Below, piece after piece: positions 48,390 to 61,718 of a DNA stretch of 64,000 nucleotides (within the stretch, counting starts at the first letter, position 1; the number at the start of each line of letters is the position of its first letter). The notes beneath the pieces were generated by a model that did no database searches, had not been told where the DNA came from, and saw only the letters and a list, made by a program, of their open reading frames with translations. The stretch lies in the NCBI RefSeq assembly GCF_009914755.1, contig NC_060931.1. The stretch is one strand, 5' to 3'. The DNA is from the human T2T-CHM13v2.0 reference genome, Homo sapiens. Position numbers and translations under genes: made by a program.

Positions 48390-48610
48390 ACTTACTATGT
48401 GCAGAACATTGTGCTAAGCACTTTAAATATAATACCATGTCTCAGGGAATCCTGACAGCCATCTTATAAGATAGGAATTGTTATTACCACTTTAGAAATG
48501 TGAACATGCAGGCGTGAGAAATTCCAGGTCACAGAGCAAAAAGTTGTACCTGTTATTGGAACCCATGTCTCTAATTTGAAAGCCATCGGCTAACCTCTGG
48601 ATATACTGCC
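48390..48610 (-). mobile_element. MIR fragment
   Basis: cacttactatgtgcagaacattgtgctaagcacttt... Confidence 0.55.
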
Positions 48611-49196
48611 AATATTGAAAAGCTTGTCCTTTCTCTTTGAGAACCATGGGAAATACTGTATTCTCAGGTGAGAAGTATTAACATTTGAAACTGGGGACAT
48701 TTGCATTTATCTTCCAAGGTGATCTGTGTGTTTGTAACCCCTTTATGAAGTCCCTGGGAGCAACCACAGGAGTAACAGCTTTTAGATTTGTGCCTTGGTA
48801 GACAAAATTATCACAAACGTGTCCATCTTGTGACTGCCCTCTCATTTTGCTTCTCTTTTGTTTATAAACTTGTTTTTCATTTAATGAGTATCTTCCAAAG
48901 AATTAATACCTACTTTGATATAATGCAGAAAGTTATTTGGCAAACATTTAGATGATACTGGGATTTATTGCTTTAAAAAAAAAGGGTACTCTTTTCATCT
49001 GTTAGCTACCAATCAAATACCTTTGCAAAAAGTTGAATTTTAATAATGCTACTTTTAGTTGGCTCAGTTTTAAGTAAGATATTAGATGCCTTAAGGACTG
49101 ATTCCATTCTCCACTGAGTTTTTCTTGTTTCTATCCCTCAAGAAAGAGAGGTTACTAATTTTAAATACATTTAACAAGATATCTTTTTCTTGTTAG

Positions 49197-49325
49197 CGCC
49201 AGTGCTTAGGACTACTAAGTCGCTTTGGTGGCTCTGACAGACTGCGTCAGTTTAAATTTCAAGACGATAATGTGGAGGGAGATAAAGTAAGCAAGAAAGA
49301 TGAGATTGAACTGGCTATGCAGCAG
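49197..49325 (+). CDS. NUP205: NUP205 exon 37 (RQCLGLLSRF...LAMQQ)
   Basis: gttag|CGC...CAG|gtaaga; 129 nt. Confidence 0.95.
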
Positions 49326-49393
49326 GTAAGAACCATGTGACTTCTCTAAGGTTTTTATGTTTTTGGAAAATGTTGATAAAAATAACAGATGTG

Positions 49394-49698
49394 GACCTGG
49401 TGCGGTGGCTCACGCCTATAATCCCAGCACTTTGGGAGGCCAAGGCGGATGGATCACCTGAGGTCAAGAGTTGAAGACCATCCTAGCCAACATGGTGAAA
49501 CCTTGTGTGTACTAAAAATACAAAAAAAATTTAGCTGGGCATGGTGGCACGTGCCTGTGTGCCCAGCTACTTGGGGTGGCTGAGGCAGGAGAATTGCTTG
49601 AACCCAAGAGGCAGAGGTTGTAGTGAGCCAAGATCACGCCACTGCATTCCAGCCTGGGCAACAGAGGGAGACTCCATCTGAAAAAAAAAAAAAAAAAA
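49394..49698 (+). mobile_element. Alu (S-like)
   Basis: Alu consensus; TSD acagatgtg. Confidence 0.92.
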
Positions 49699-49822
49699 GA
49701 ATACACAGATGTGAGTCATTTTACAAATTGATTGATAACCTTTTCTTCTTCAAATCTCGATTTTCATGCTAATTGAGACATTTCAGGGTCTTAACATTTT
49801 TGTTACTGTTTTTTGATTATAG

Positions 49823-49949
49823 ATTTGTGCCAATGTAATGGAATATTGCCAGTCACTCATGTTACAGAGTTCCCCTACCTTCCAGCATGCTGTGTGTCTC
49901 TTCACTCCTAGCCTTTCAGAAACAGTTAATAGAGATGGACCGCGGCAAG
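49823..49949 (+). CDS. NUP205: NUP205 exon 38 (ICANVMEYC...DGPRQ)
   Basis: tatag|ATT...CAAG|gtgagc; 127 nt. Confidence 0.95.
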
Positions 49950-50671
49950 GTGAGCTTAGTTTTTCATTCTGTATTGAAGGAACTAAGTTGCTATGGTTAT
50001 GACATAGCTCTCCAGCTTGGCTCCAGTAAGATGCAGTATTTTCTTTTAAGTGTCATTAATGGGAAACATTTTAAATAAGTTTTAAAGTTGAGCGGGAGGT
50101 ATTATTATTAGACCTATGTACAAGACTGGAGAGAATAGAGAAATTCAGGATTTACTGAGAGTAAATCTAGAGGAACCATGTTTTGAATAGCACTTGAGGG
50201 CTCAAAGGATCTAAATTGGGGAGTCAGGTGGCTGGGTGGAAAAGATGAAAATACAACAAACAGTTTTATATGTTAAATCATGTTAAGCTGAATTCAGTGT
50301 CTAAACTGGGTTTTTTATTATAGCTCCAAATTTCTATAACATAACGAAATACAATTTAGATACTAATTAGGCCAACTTACCCTATAATTCTTTAATGATT
50401 CAGTAGGGAATGTTTGAATATGGGGCAGGATAATGGGTAAAGCTGTTATCCTATGGAACACTCAGAAGAAAAAGCCCATTAGTATCTTGGTGGGGATAAT
50501 GGAATTGACTGTTGGTGATTTCAGGAAGTCTTTGTTTGAGATCTGTGAGAAAAATTTTGTCACATTTTCATCTTCTTCAAGATCTTACTATCCCTGAAAA
50601 TTACTTAATCACAAAAAATATGTGTTTAGTATAATAATAGTATAAAATGACATTATGAAAAGTATATTAGT

Positions 50672-51504
<833 letters not shown>

Positions 51505-52182
51505 TATATTAGTTTAGCAACATTCAACCTTATCCTATATAAATTATGCTAAGAACTTTGTTAGATAAATTCTATTATAAAAGGTCCTAGCTAGTAGTAT
51601 TAAATTTGTTGTTGTTGTAATTTATGTACAACAAAATTCACCCATTTTAGGTATACAGTTTGAATGCTTTTTGGTAATTATATAAAGTTGGGTAACCATC
51701 ACCACAGCCAAAATACAGAACAATTCCCTGTTCCTTAAAGATTTCTTCCTGCCTTTGATTGCATTTGATTGTTTCCTTCCACTCCGGCCCAGGCATCTAC
51801 TATTCTGATTTTTGTCACAAAATCTCTGCCTTCTCCTACCAGTGTCTGCTTCTGTTTGTATTATGTCTAGGCTTTTTCGTTTTATGCCATGGATGGGGGA
51901 GAAGAGTACTGACTGGTAGAATCTTAGTTTGTCATATTAAGACAAACTAAGTCCTTAATAGCTAATAAAATAACCTTTATTTAAAGGTATCTTTCAGTGA
52001 TTGAAAGGGAGTAGTCTTAGGTGACAGGATGTCTTAAAGAAACTGGGGAAGTAGCTACAAAGATTTGTAGTTCTATTTTATAGAGTAAAATAGTTAAATT
52101 AGACTGGACATGTAAAATAGTTCCTTTGGCTTAAACAAGTTAATTCTATATAGTTCTTGTTTTCTCCTGTATTCAGAAATTT

Positions 52183-52306
52183 GGAGCCGGGCATGATGGC
52201 TGAGCCTGTAATCCCAGTTACTCAGGAGACTATGGCAGGGGGATCACATGAGCCCAGAAGTTCAAGGCTGCAGTGAGCCAAGATCATGCCTCTAACAAAA
52301 AAAAAA
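52183..52306 (+). mobile_element. Alu monomer fragment
   Basis: Alu-like + A tail. Confidence 0.8.
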
Positions 52307-52752
52307 GTTTGCTGCCAGGAAGATAGGATAAAAAGGGGCCACCATGGGGGGATTCCAATATCTGCATGTTGGAATCAGGCCAAGGCATGAGGGGAAAGGT
52401 TTATACAAACCTGATAGCCTCTGAATGCGCAAATATTTTCTAGACTTGGGCAAGTTAGTATGGTAAGAATTCCTGAAATGCTTTGGAGTCCTCCAAGCAT
52501 TCAATCATCCTCTTTGTGGGTATCTTCCTACCAGGGTAGAGATTATACAAATGTTATCTGGGGACCAGGATACCTAATTTCAGTAGGAGAAGGCTCTCTA
52601 TAACAATGTATTGTGAAAACTGTCACATCTTGCTGTAGACTAGAAGAGGATACCTGGCAAACTGAATTTGTCTAGGATGTCTTAGTTGGTGGCAGCATCC
52701 ACAGACAAAGGACTCTTCTGTCTCTTCCCCTCTGTATAAAGATGTATGAGAT

Positions 52753-53092
52753 TGGCCAGGTGTGGTGGCTCACGCCTGTAATCCCAGCACTTTGGGAGGC
52801 TAAGGCAGTACGTTGCTTGAGCCCAGAAGGTAGAGACCAGCCTGGGCAATATGGCAAAACCTCATCTCTACCAAAAAATACAAAAAAATTAGCTGGGTGT
52901 GGTGGCGTGCACCTTTAATCCTAGCTACTTGGGAGGCTGAGGTGGGAGGATCACCTGAGCCCAGGAGGTTGAGGTGGATCACCTGAGCCCAGGAGGTTGA
53001 GGTTGCAGTGATCCCTATTTGTGCCACTGCACTCCAGCCTGGGTGACAAAGTAAGAAACCTGTCTCAAAAAAAAACAAGAAAGAAAGAAAAA
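52753..53092 (+). mobile_element. Alu (J-like) with internal 28-bp duplication
   Basis: Alu consensus. Confidence 0.9.
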
Positions 53093-53238
53093 GATCTATG
53101 AGTCAGACTTTAGAGCAAAGTTAAGGGAGTTGATAGTGAAGAAAAAGCAAATGTAGATCTCTCCTTCAGTATTCATGGCAGTTTGGGTCATTAAACAAAG
53201 ATTATCTCCAAATTGAACTTGAAATTGCCACAGTGTTG

Positions 53239-53535
53239 GGCCAGGTGTGGTGGCTCGTGCCTGTAATCCCAGCACTTTGGGAGGCCGAGGCGGGTGGATC
53301 ACCTGAGGTAAGGAGTTTGAGACCAGCCTGGCCATCATGGTGAAACCCCATCTCTACTAAAAATGCAAAAAATAACTGGGTGTGGTGGCATGCGCCTGTA
53401 ATCCCAGCTACTCGGGAGGCTGAGGCAGGAGAATCACTTGAAACCAGGAGGTGGCGGTTGCAGTGAGCCGAGATCGAACCACTGTACTCCAGGCTGGATG
53501 ACAGAGTAAGACTCCATCTCAAAAAAAAAAAAAAA
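53239..53535 (+). mobile_element. Alu (Sx-like)
   Basis: TSD gaaattgccaca(g/a)tgtt. Confidence 0.92.
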
Positions 53536-53620
53536 GAAATTGCCACAATGTTTCCACGAAATCCCTTAGTCACTAGAGGAGATTGCTCTAATTGCACTAC
53601 ACAGACTATCTCTAGGATGA

Positions 53621-53745
53621 TTTTTTTTTTCTTTTCTGTAGGGACGGGGTCTCTGTTGCCCAGGCTGGTCTTGAACTCCTGGCCTCAAGCCATTCTCTCT
53701 CCTCAGCCTTCCAAATTGTTGACAGGTGTGAGCCACCGTGCCTGT
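53621..53745 (-). mobile_element. Alu left monomer (FLAM)
   Basis: antisense left arm. Confidence 0.82.
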
Positions 53746-54107
53746 CCTAGGATAATATTGTTATTGCTTTCTAGTTTTCCCTCTGCAAACAACTTTTATG
53801 ACATCCCACTGTTCCTTTGCATCTTCATTAGCCAGTAGCCAGGTAAAAGGCAGATCATTTTGTTTTACTACCGTAATGTAGCTGTTGTGGCAAAAGATTT
53901 TTTAAAGTTTAAATCCATTTATATTTTTTGAATATTTCAGTTACTATTCTTGTCTCTTTGAAAGAATGACTTTGAGCTGGCAATTTAGTAACCAGAAAGA
54001 TGCAGACCAGAAATGAATCCATACAACTAGAGCCATCAGGCAAAGCAGGAATTAGTCACTTGGTGTTAAGAAACCCCACAATTGTGTATATTGTTTTTGA
54101 TGTGGAG

Positions 54108-54109
<2 letters not shown>

Positions 54110-54149
<40 letters not shown>
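54110..54149 (+). repeat. (GT)20 microsatellite
   Basis: perfect GT run. Confidence 0.97.
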
Positions 54150-54151
<2 letters not shown>

Positions 54152-54459
54152 GGTTTATACTTTGATAGAGTTCTCAAAGGACTCTTTGCCTAATAAAGGG
54201 TAGGCTCTGCCAATGTGCATCAGTCAGATTTCTTTATTCTCGCAGGATTTCCAGCCTTATGTATGTACCTGATTACAGTGGCTCCTAACCATTTGTTCTT
54301 TAAATTATAAATGGCATTTAAAAGTAATCTTGGGTTGGTTTTAATGACAGGTTACATGTCCTTAAATTCTGGGGCATCCCTTGTTTTAAAACAGGTCATT
54401 TGAAATTCATATGAAATGCTTATAAGTGGAACATTGTTTTATGTCATCACCTCTATTAG

Positions 54460-54626
54460 ATACCCAAGCTCCAGTGGTTCCATACTGGCGCCTGCCTGGT
54501 TTAGGCATTATCATCTACCTGCTGAAACAGAGTGCTAATGATTTCTTCAGCTATTATGACAGTCATCGACAGAGTGTCAGCAAGCTACAAAATGTAGAGC
54601 AGCTTCCCCCAGATGAGATAAAAGAG
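54460..54626 (+). CDS. NUP205: NUP205 exon 39 (DTQAPVVPYW...DEIKE)
   Basis: attag|AT...GAG|gtatga; 167 nt. Confidence 0.95.
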
Positions 54627-55336
54627 GTATGAATCTTATAATGAGCTGGGGGGACTTGAGAAATCATTGCTGTTACTAGGCCAGGGTACTCAGACTGAGT
54701 AAAGACAACGTATACAGTATGACTGAAGGAATTGGAATGATTCTTCTGTGTGATTTGAAGAAGACTCCTTCGCCGTAGCACCAGCCTTATAAGCATAGAA
54801 ACTCTTGACTGAAAAACAGTGAAGTGTAGCACCTGTTCAAGAAAATAGAAAGGCAGCTGGCCTTTGAATGAAGAGTTTTGGGTCATTTATACTCTAAAAT
54901 CTGTTCTGAGAAAGGCTTCTGTTACAGATTTTTTTTTTAATAGAACTTGGGTAAATGTCTCTGTGCCTTCAGCATCTTCAATATCTGTTTAGCAAATCTT
55001 TCAAACAAATGGGATAGCATATGAGACTTGACTGCCTTCCCTCAGTGACCCAGAAGCATTCCCTCTACTTACAGTATTAATAACTAAAGATGCTGCATTA
55101 CCAGGATTGCTACTAAGTAGCTTGCTGCCTTTTCCATTTGGCACAGCTGAATGTAAGGCATCTCTTGGCCAGTTCCTAAGGCAGTGCTGAAGCTTCCTGG
55201 TGTCCTGTCGCAGCCTGAATGTTGAGCCACTTTGTCATTCCTGGTTTGCACCAAGTTTTCTAAAAACTTCCATGTTACTCTTATGAGTAGTCCATGCCTA
55301 CTCCCTCTTGCCACTTTTCTGGTAAACTCAGGGGAC

Positions 55337-55570
55337 ATTTATTGAGTGTCTACAACATGCCAGGCCCTGAACTACATGTTCTACCTAACACCCGGGCAGA
55401 TATTGTTTCTATTCTCATTTCTCATGTGAGGAAACTGAGGCACAGAAGACTTGCATAACTTACCCAAAGGCATGTAGCTGGCAGGAACAGGGTGAGGCAG
55501 GAGTCAATGACTGGGTTTAGGTAACCCCTGAAATTTTGGGTTCATGCCTGGCAGTCCTTCCTCTAATGTG
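55337..55570 (-). mobile_element. MIR
   Basis: tgaggaaactgaggcacaga...taacttacccaaag. Confidence 0.7.
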
Positions 55571-56162
55571 TAGCTAATCAGTGATGTTTGTACTTGTAAG
55601 AGGAATTGCATCATCATCATGAAGCGCGTGGCCTTCCATCAGCCTCACTTCAGTACGCCTTCTGTGGAACCCAGCATCAGAACATTAGCTGGAACAACTG
55701 TGCTTGTGTGTGTGCCACATTGAGAAGTGGTCATGGGAGCTTTGGTTGATGATCAGATTTTAGTTATGCTCTAGGTGTCTACCTTGTATTTTTTGCAGAA
55801 GATACCTGACAACTGTTAGAAATTCTCCATGGGATTGTTATAGCTACTGTTTGAAAAACCTATCATTTTGTCTTGGTTTGTTTTAATGTGACAGGAAATT
55901 CAGGGTTTCATCAGCAACCCTGACTGTGTTTCAGGGACAGACTTTTTCAAAAGGCAGCAGATAAATGTTCATTTGTGAATTTGCTTCTTTGGCTGTAATT
56001 TTTAAAAATTGCTAGCTTCTTAGATAAAAACTCTTATCTGCAAGGATGTTTAAATTTGAGTGTTTTTCATAGCATTTATCATGGTGACCTGCTGATAGTA
56101 GTTTTTCATTAAAAATTTCATTCCAGTTGATGTCATTCTAATACCACATTTGTTTCTTCTAG

Positions 56163-56286
56163 TTGTGTCAGTCTGTGATGCCTGCTGGTGTTGATAAAAT
56201 CTCCACTGCTCAGAAATATGTTCTAGCAAGACGGCGCTTGGTGAAGGTGATCAACAATCGAGCTAAACTGCTTTCCCTTTGTTCTT
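56163..56286 (+). CDS. NUP205: NUP205 exon 40 (LCQSVMPAG...LLSLCS)
   Basis: tctag|TTG...TCTT|gtatccttt (U12 donor); 124 nt. Confidence 0.94.
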
Positions 56287-56735
56287 GTATCCTTTATGAA
56301 ATCATGCACTTGAATGATGACCTTGAAATATAGGAACTGTTCACTTATTCTCATATTATTTGGGCACCAAAACCAGGTGGAAGGAGATAAACTTAATTTT
56401 TTCCCAGTAAATGCCTAATGTATTTCCAAATCATAGTTTTTGTTCTTATCTTTTAGAGTAGCTGGTAATACTGATAAAATACATGGGCACTTTCTGTTAG
56501 GGAAGAAGGTAGGGACATGAGACTGCTGGCACAGGACCCCAAGGTCCCCACCTCTTTCCTCAGCACACCTTGCTGCTTCCTCTTGAGGAGCCTTCAGTGA
56601 GACCCTGTCTGTTAGACTGAGGCTGTGGGTACCTCATTAAGTGAGTGCAGTCTGTCCTTTTTTCTTCTCCTCCGAAACTGGTGTGTAAAACATATTTGAT
56701 GAGATTATGTTCCTTTAATCTGAGCTCTGGTATAG
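56287..56735 (+). other. NUP205: U12-type (minor spliceosome) GT-AG intron 40 of NUP205
   Basis: 5'ss GTATCCTTT (U12 consensus); branch-site-like TTCCTTTAAT at 56710-56719, ~17 nt before TAG; no polypyrimidine tract next to the AG. Confidence 0.93.
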
Positions 56736-56864
56736 TTATCATAGAGACCTGCCTATTTATTCTTTGGCGCCATCTGGAGTACTACTTGTTACATTGCATG
56801 CCCACGGATTCTCAAGATTCCTTATTTGCCTCGAGAACCTTGTTTAAAAGCAGAAGACTGCAAG
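56736..56864 (+). CDS. NUP205: NUP205 exon 41 (FIIETCLFILWRHLE...SRRLQ)
   Basis: tatag|TT...CAAG|gtaaac; 129 nt. Confidence 0.93.
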
Positions 56865-57425
56865 GTAAACTTTCTGCTAAAAATTAATGAACCATAAATA
56901 CCTATTTGTGCCTTGAAAAGCTAGTACCAGTTTTTTTTTATTTTTGTTTCCAGATTACTTAGAGTGAATTGGGTGAATCAAGAGCTGTTTAGTCACTAGA
57001 CGTAGCTATTTCTTGCATTTTACTTTCTGTTCACGGGACATTGTGCTGAGCATAAGAATATTCTAGAGCCTGCTCATCAGCTGTTCCTTAGCTTCTTGCT
57101 GCAGTTAGGGGGCTGATCCAGCTCTAGAAGAATGGAGGAGGTCTGCTATTATGCTGATTCTTATTGCTGGAGTGGGCCTCTGTGACTGATGGCCATATAT
57201 TGGATCCCTTAGGTGGAAGGAAATAGAGAAAAGCTGAGAACCCTGGTCTGGACCAGTGAAATGCTTTCTAGGGGCTTCCATTTGCTAAAAGTTGAAAATT
57301 GAGTTCCCAATCTTGAGCCGTGTTTTTCATGGTGCTATTGTTATTATTCATTGTCATCAGGTTCCTCCACTGTGTGGTAGATAGGTACTTGCACAGCCGG
57401 TATGACTCTGTTTTTTTATCTCTAG

Positions 57426-57499
57426 ATTCCTTCGCCTCAGAAACCAATCTAGATTTTAGAAGTGGGCTGGCTATAGTGAGCCAACATGATTTAGACCAG
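57426..57499 (+). CDS. NUP205: NUP205 exon 42 (DSFASETNLD...HDLDQ)
   Basis: tctag|AT...CAG|gtaagg; 74 nt. Confidence 0.95.
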
Positions 57500-57516
57500 G
57501 TAAGGTTCTATTCTCA

Positions 57517-57954
<438 letters not shown>

Positions 57955-58150
57955 TTACAGACACCTGGTTTGAACTCTAGCTTGACCATTTTAACAGCTA
58001 TATGACTTTGAACAACTTACTTAACTTCCGAGCCTCAATTGCTTCATCTAAGAAATAGGAGGATTCAACCTCAGAGGGTTTTGTCAGAATTAAGTGAGGT
58101 TTCATGTATGTGAGGCTGCTAGTGTTGTACCTAGAACATGGTAAGCATTC
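57955..58150 (+). mobile_element. MIR
   Basis: tgactttgaacaacttacttaacttccgagcctcaattgcttcatct. Confidence 0.65.
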
Positions 58151-58778
58151 CGTGATTGGTAGGCATTATGATCTGGAAACTCCTGATGTCTTTTGATTAG
58201 CTTTGTAGAACTTTTTAGGTACAAAGTATCACTCAGCACTTATTTTTCAGGAAATAATTTAATGGTGAGATTGAGAGCAGCCAATACAAATCCCGCCGTC
58301 ATAGACCATAGTACACAACACTGTGCTCTTACTAACCTGTTGATCAGTAGTGTTAGAATGAATGAAGAGTATGCCAAAAACAATTACAATGAAAACCTCA
58401 TATTAAACTAATAGCAAAGTTATGTTTCTAACAAAGCAGGTATCAGGGTGTGTGATGTTAGGGAAAATGAATTACAGCTAGATCCTCTGCTAGCCATCTG
58501 AATGTCCTTAGCCATGATTTGATAAAGCCTCTGCTCCTCCCAAATCCCTCTTTTTGCTATTTTTCTTAAAACAAGGTTGGGAATGAAAGGTGCAGTTACA
58601 GCAGCCTCCAAAGCACAGCTTGCTGGATATCATGAATACCACGCTCCCATCCCAATCCAGACTACATTCGCCCCTTAGTGACTTTATAAAAGGAATTCGT
58701 TTTGTGGCTAGGCTTGTTTAGGAGAACTAGTGTTAATTGAGGCCATGTGCAAAATTAGCCAAAGAAGATTATTCAGAA

Positions 58779-58925
58779 GTTTGTTTGTTTGTTTGTTTTG
58801 TCTGAGAGACAAGGTCTCACTCCATTACCCAGGCTGGCATGCAGTGGTGTGACCACAGTTCACTGCAGCCTCAACCCCCTGGGCTCAAGTGATTCTCCCG
58901 CCTCAGCATCCTGAGTAGCTAGGAC
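58779..58925 (-). mobile_element. Alu right-arm fragment
   Basis: antisense right arm. Confidence 0.82.
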
Positions 58926-59671
58926 AACAAAAATAAATATATTTTGAAGTAATAACTGTTACTATTTCATTTAGACTGCTTTGTGAAAAAGCTAGAAAAA
59001 AATGCAGGATTAATAAATAATCTCACACTCTGTGTTGTGATTTTAATGCAAAACTGAAAACAGGTAGATTGATCTAATATTGTACTTAATTTTAGTCTTT
59101 TAGTATAACATCAAAAAGATCCATCTGAAACTACATATGCATTCTAGAATATATATGAATTCTAAAGCATATAACAGGTGTATCCCCACATTAATATTTT
59201 TTGAAAACAAAAGCATGCAAGTGGGTTTTTAAAAATTGCAAAATGAAGTAAAAAGTAAAAGCTTCTTTCCCACCTACCCTCCTGTCCTCCCTCCCTCCCT
59301 TCCTTCCCTGCATTCTCCTTCCCTCCCTCCCCCGCCAGTCTTACTGACTTCTTGTATGGCCCTTCAGGAAATGTTTTTGTGTGTATGTTAGTATATCAGC
59401 ATCAGCATCAACATTCATTGCTATTTAAAGCAGGTTTTTAAATTTATACAAGAAAAGAAAGCAGGAAAAACATGAGAATTAAACCAAAAAATTCTAAGGT
59501 AGAAAATGTGAATGTTTAGTTAATTTAGTAACACATTACAAAAATTCAAAAGTATTTACATTGAAAGAACCACATTACAAAAATTCTAAAGTGTTTTAAA
59601 TTGGAAGACTTAGAATAAAAGAAATATTTGAGACAACAATTTTAACAAAATGTCTTTTGTGTCACCGCTAG

Positions 59672-59824
59672 CTTCAGGCTGATGCAATCAACGCTTTTGG
59701 AGAATCACTACAAAAGAAACTTCTGGACATTGAAGGATTATATTCAAAAGTTCGATCTCGATATAGTTTCATACAGGCTCTTGTCAGACGTATCCGTGGC
59801 CTCTTGAGGATATCAAGGAACTGA
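59672..59824 (+). CDS. NUP205: NUP205 last exon, coding part (LQADAINAFG...RISRN*)
   Basis: gctag|CTT...AAC TGA; 50 aa + stop. Confidence 0.95.
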   Translation, partial: LQADAINAFGESLQKKLLDIEGLYSKVRSRYSFIQALVRRIRGLLRISRN

Positions 59825-59995
59825 GAGCCCGTGCTTATGCTCTTCTATGAGAGAGATGAATTGGGGAGAATTGTCTCCATTTTATAGATTAGTTTCTTTC
59901 TAAATTATGACCAAAAATATTTTGCTATTTCTTTCTTTGTATATGGACATCTTTTCTGTAAACTTCTTCCCCTAGTTCCATCCTCACTAGTAAAA

Positions 59996-60001
59996 AATAA
60001 A
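59996..60001 (+). terminator. Proximal poly(A) signal of NUP205 (AATAAA)
   Basis: AATAAA ~170 nt after stop, followed by a U/GU-rich stretch. Confidence 0.75.
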
Positions 60002-60082
60002 TACTTTTTAAAAAAACAAAACAAATGTATGGTTAATCTTTTGATCTTTTATCTTTTGATCAGCATTATCAGGAATCTAACA

Positions 60083-60088
60083 AATAAA
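60083..60088 (+). terminator. Second candidate poly(A) signal (AATAAA)
   Basis: Hexamer 87 nt downstream of the first. Confidence 0.45.
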
Positions 60089-60349
60089 CCTTCAACAGTG
60101 GTGATTTTCCCATAGAGATATTATTCTGAATGCCAGATTAAAGGCATAGTCTGAAAATTCTAATTTTTTCACCCTTTGTAGCTACATTACACTATTAACA
60201 ATATTCAGGGTTACTAAAATATAGCCATGCTCTTATAGAATAGTGTACTCAATACTGTGAAAATGTCTGAAAAAGTCAAGCTTTTTCCTAAAATTATTTA
60301 GGTTTTCCTTTTTTTTGTTTTTTTCTTTTCTGCACGTAAGTTGACAATA

Positions 60350-60674
60350 CAATTGTCCCTTGGTATCTGGTGATTACTGGTTCTAGGGCTCCCACGGATA
60401 CCAAAACCTATGTTTTGGCATGCATGTTCCTTATATAAAATGGCATTGTGTTTGCATATAATATAGATACATCTTCTTGTATACTTTAAATCATTTCTAG
60501 ATTACTTACAATACCTAATATAATATGAATTCTATATAAATAGTGGTTAATACTACGTTTTTAAATTTGTATTATTTTTTGCTGTTACACTGGTTTTTTC
60601 CCCCCCAAATATTTGTGATCTGTGGTTGGTTGAATCTGCAGATTTTGAACGTGGGGATATGGAGAGCTGACTCT
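60350..60674. mobile_element. MER2 (Tigger-family)
   Basis: gtcccttggtatc...cccacggataccaaa...cttatataaaatggc...ggttggttgaatctgcagat. Confidence 0.82.
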
Positions 60675-60987
60675 ACAGTAATTTGTGTTTGTTCCTTAGA
60701 AATGATTGTGAAATTTCTCAAATTAATCATCTGCCAATATTTCTCATATAATTAATATGATGGCTATCACTAGGACAAAACATTTACATGATCACCACTC
60801 TATTTCTTACCCAGTTGTTTTCATGTTCAAGTAACTACATCATCCGAAACTGCAAATTTCCTTTTCCAGACAGCAATTACTTCAGCCTAATACATAGGAG
60901 AGACTGCTGAGAGGAAGTCTTTGCTTTCATTTAGTAACAGAATAAACGCTATAACACTATAGAATAAAATTGATAATTATTCTATAG

Positions 60988-61311
<324 letters not shown>

Positions 61312-61335
61312 TAGTGTTGTTGTTGTTGTTTTTAA

Positions 61336-61718
<383 letters not shown>

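Noticed and set aside
56314-56474. ATGATGA (C box) with a downstream CTGA in the U12 intron as a snoRNA
   Set aside because: No terminal stem, atypical spacing and no recognisable guide sequence.
59263-59336. C/T-rich tract as a regulatory element
   Set aside because: Ordinary low-complexity (CCCT)n-like sequence; no evidence beyond H-DNA/G4 potential.
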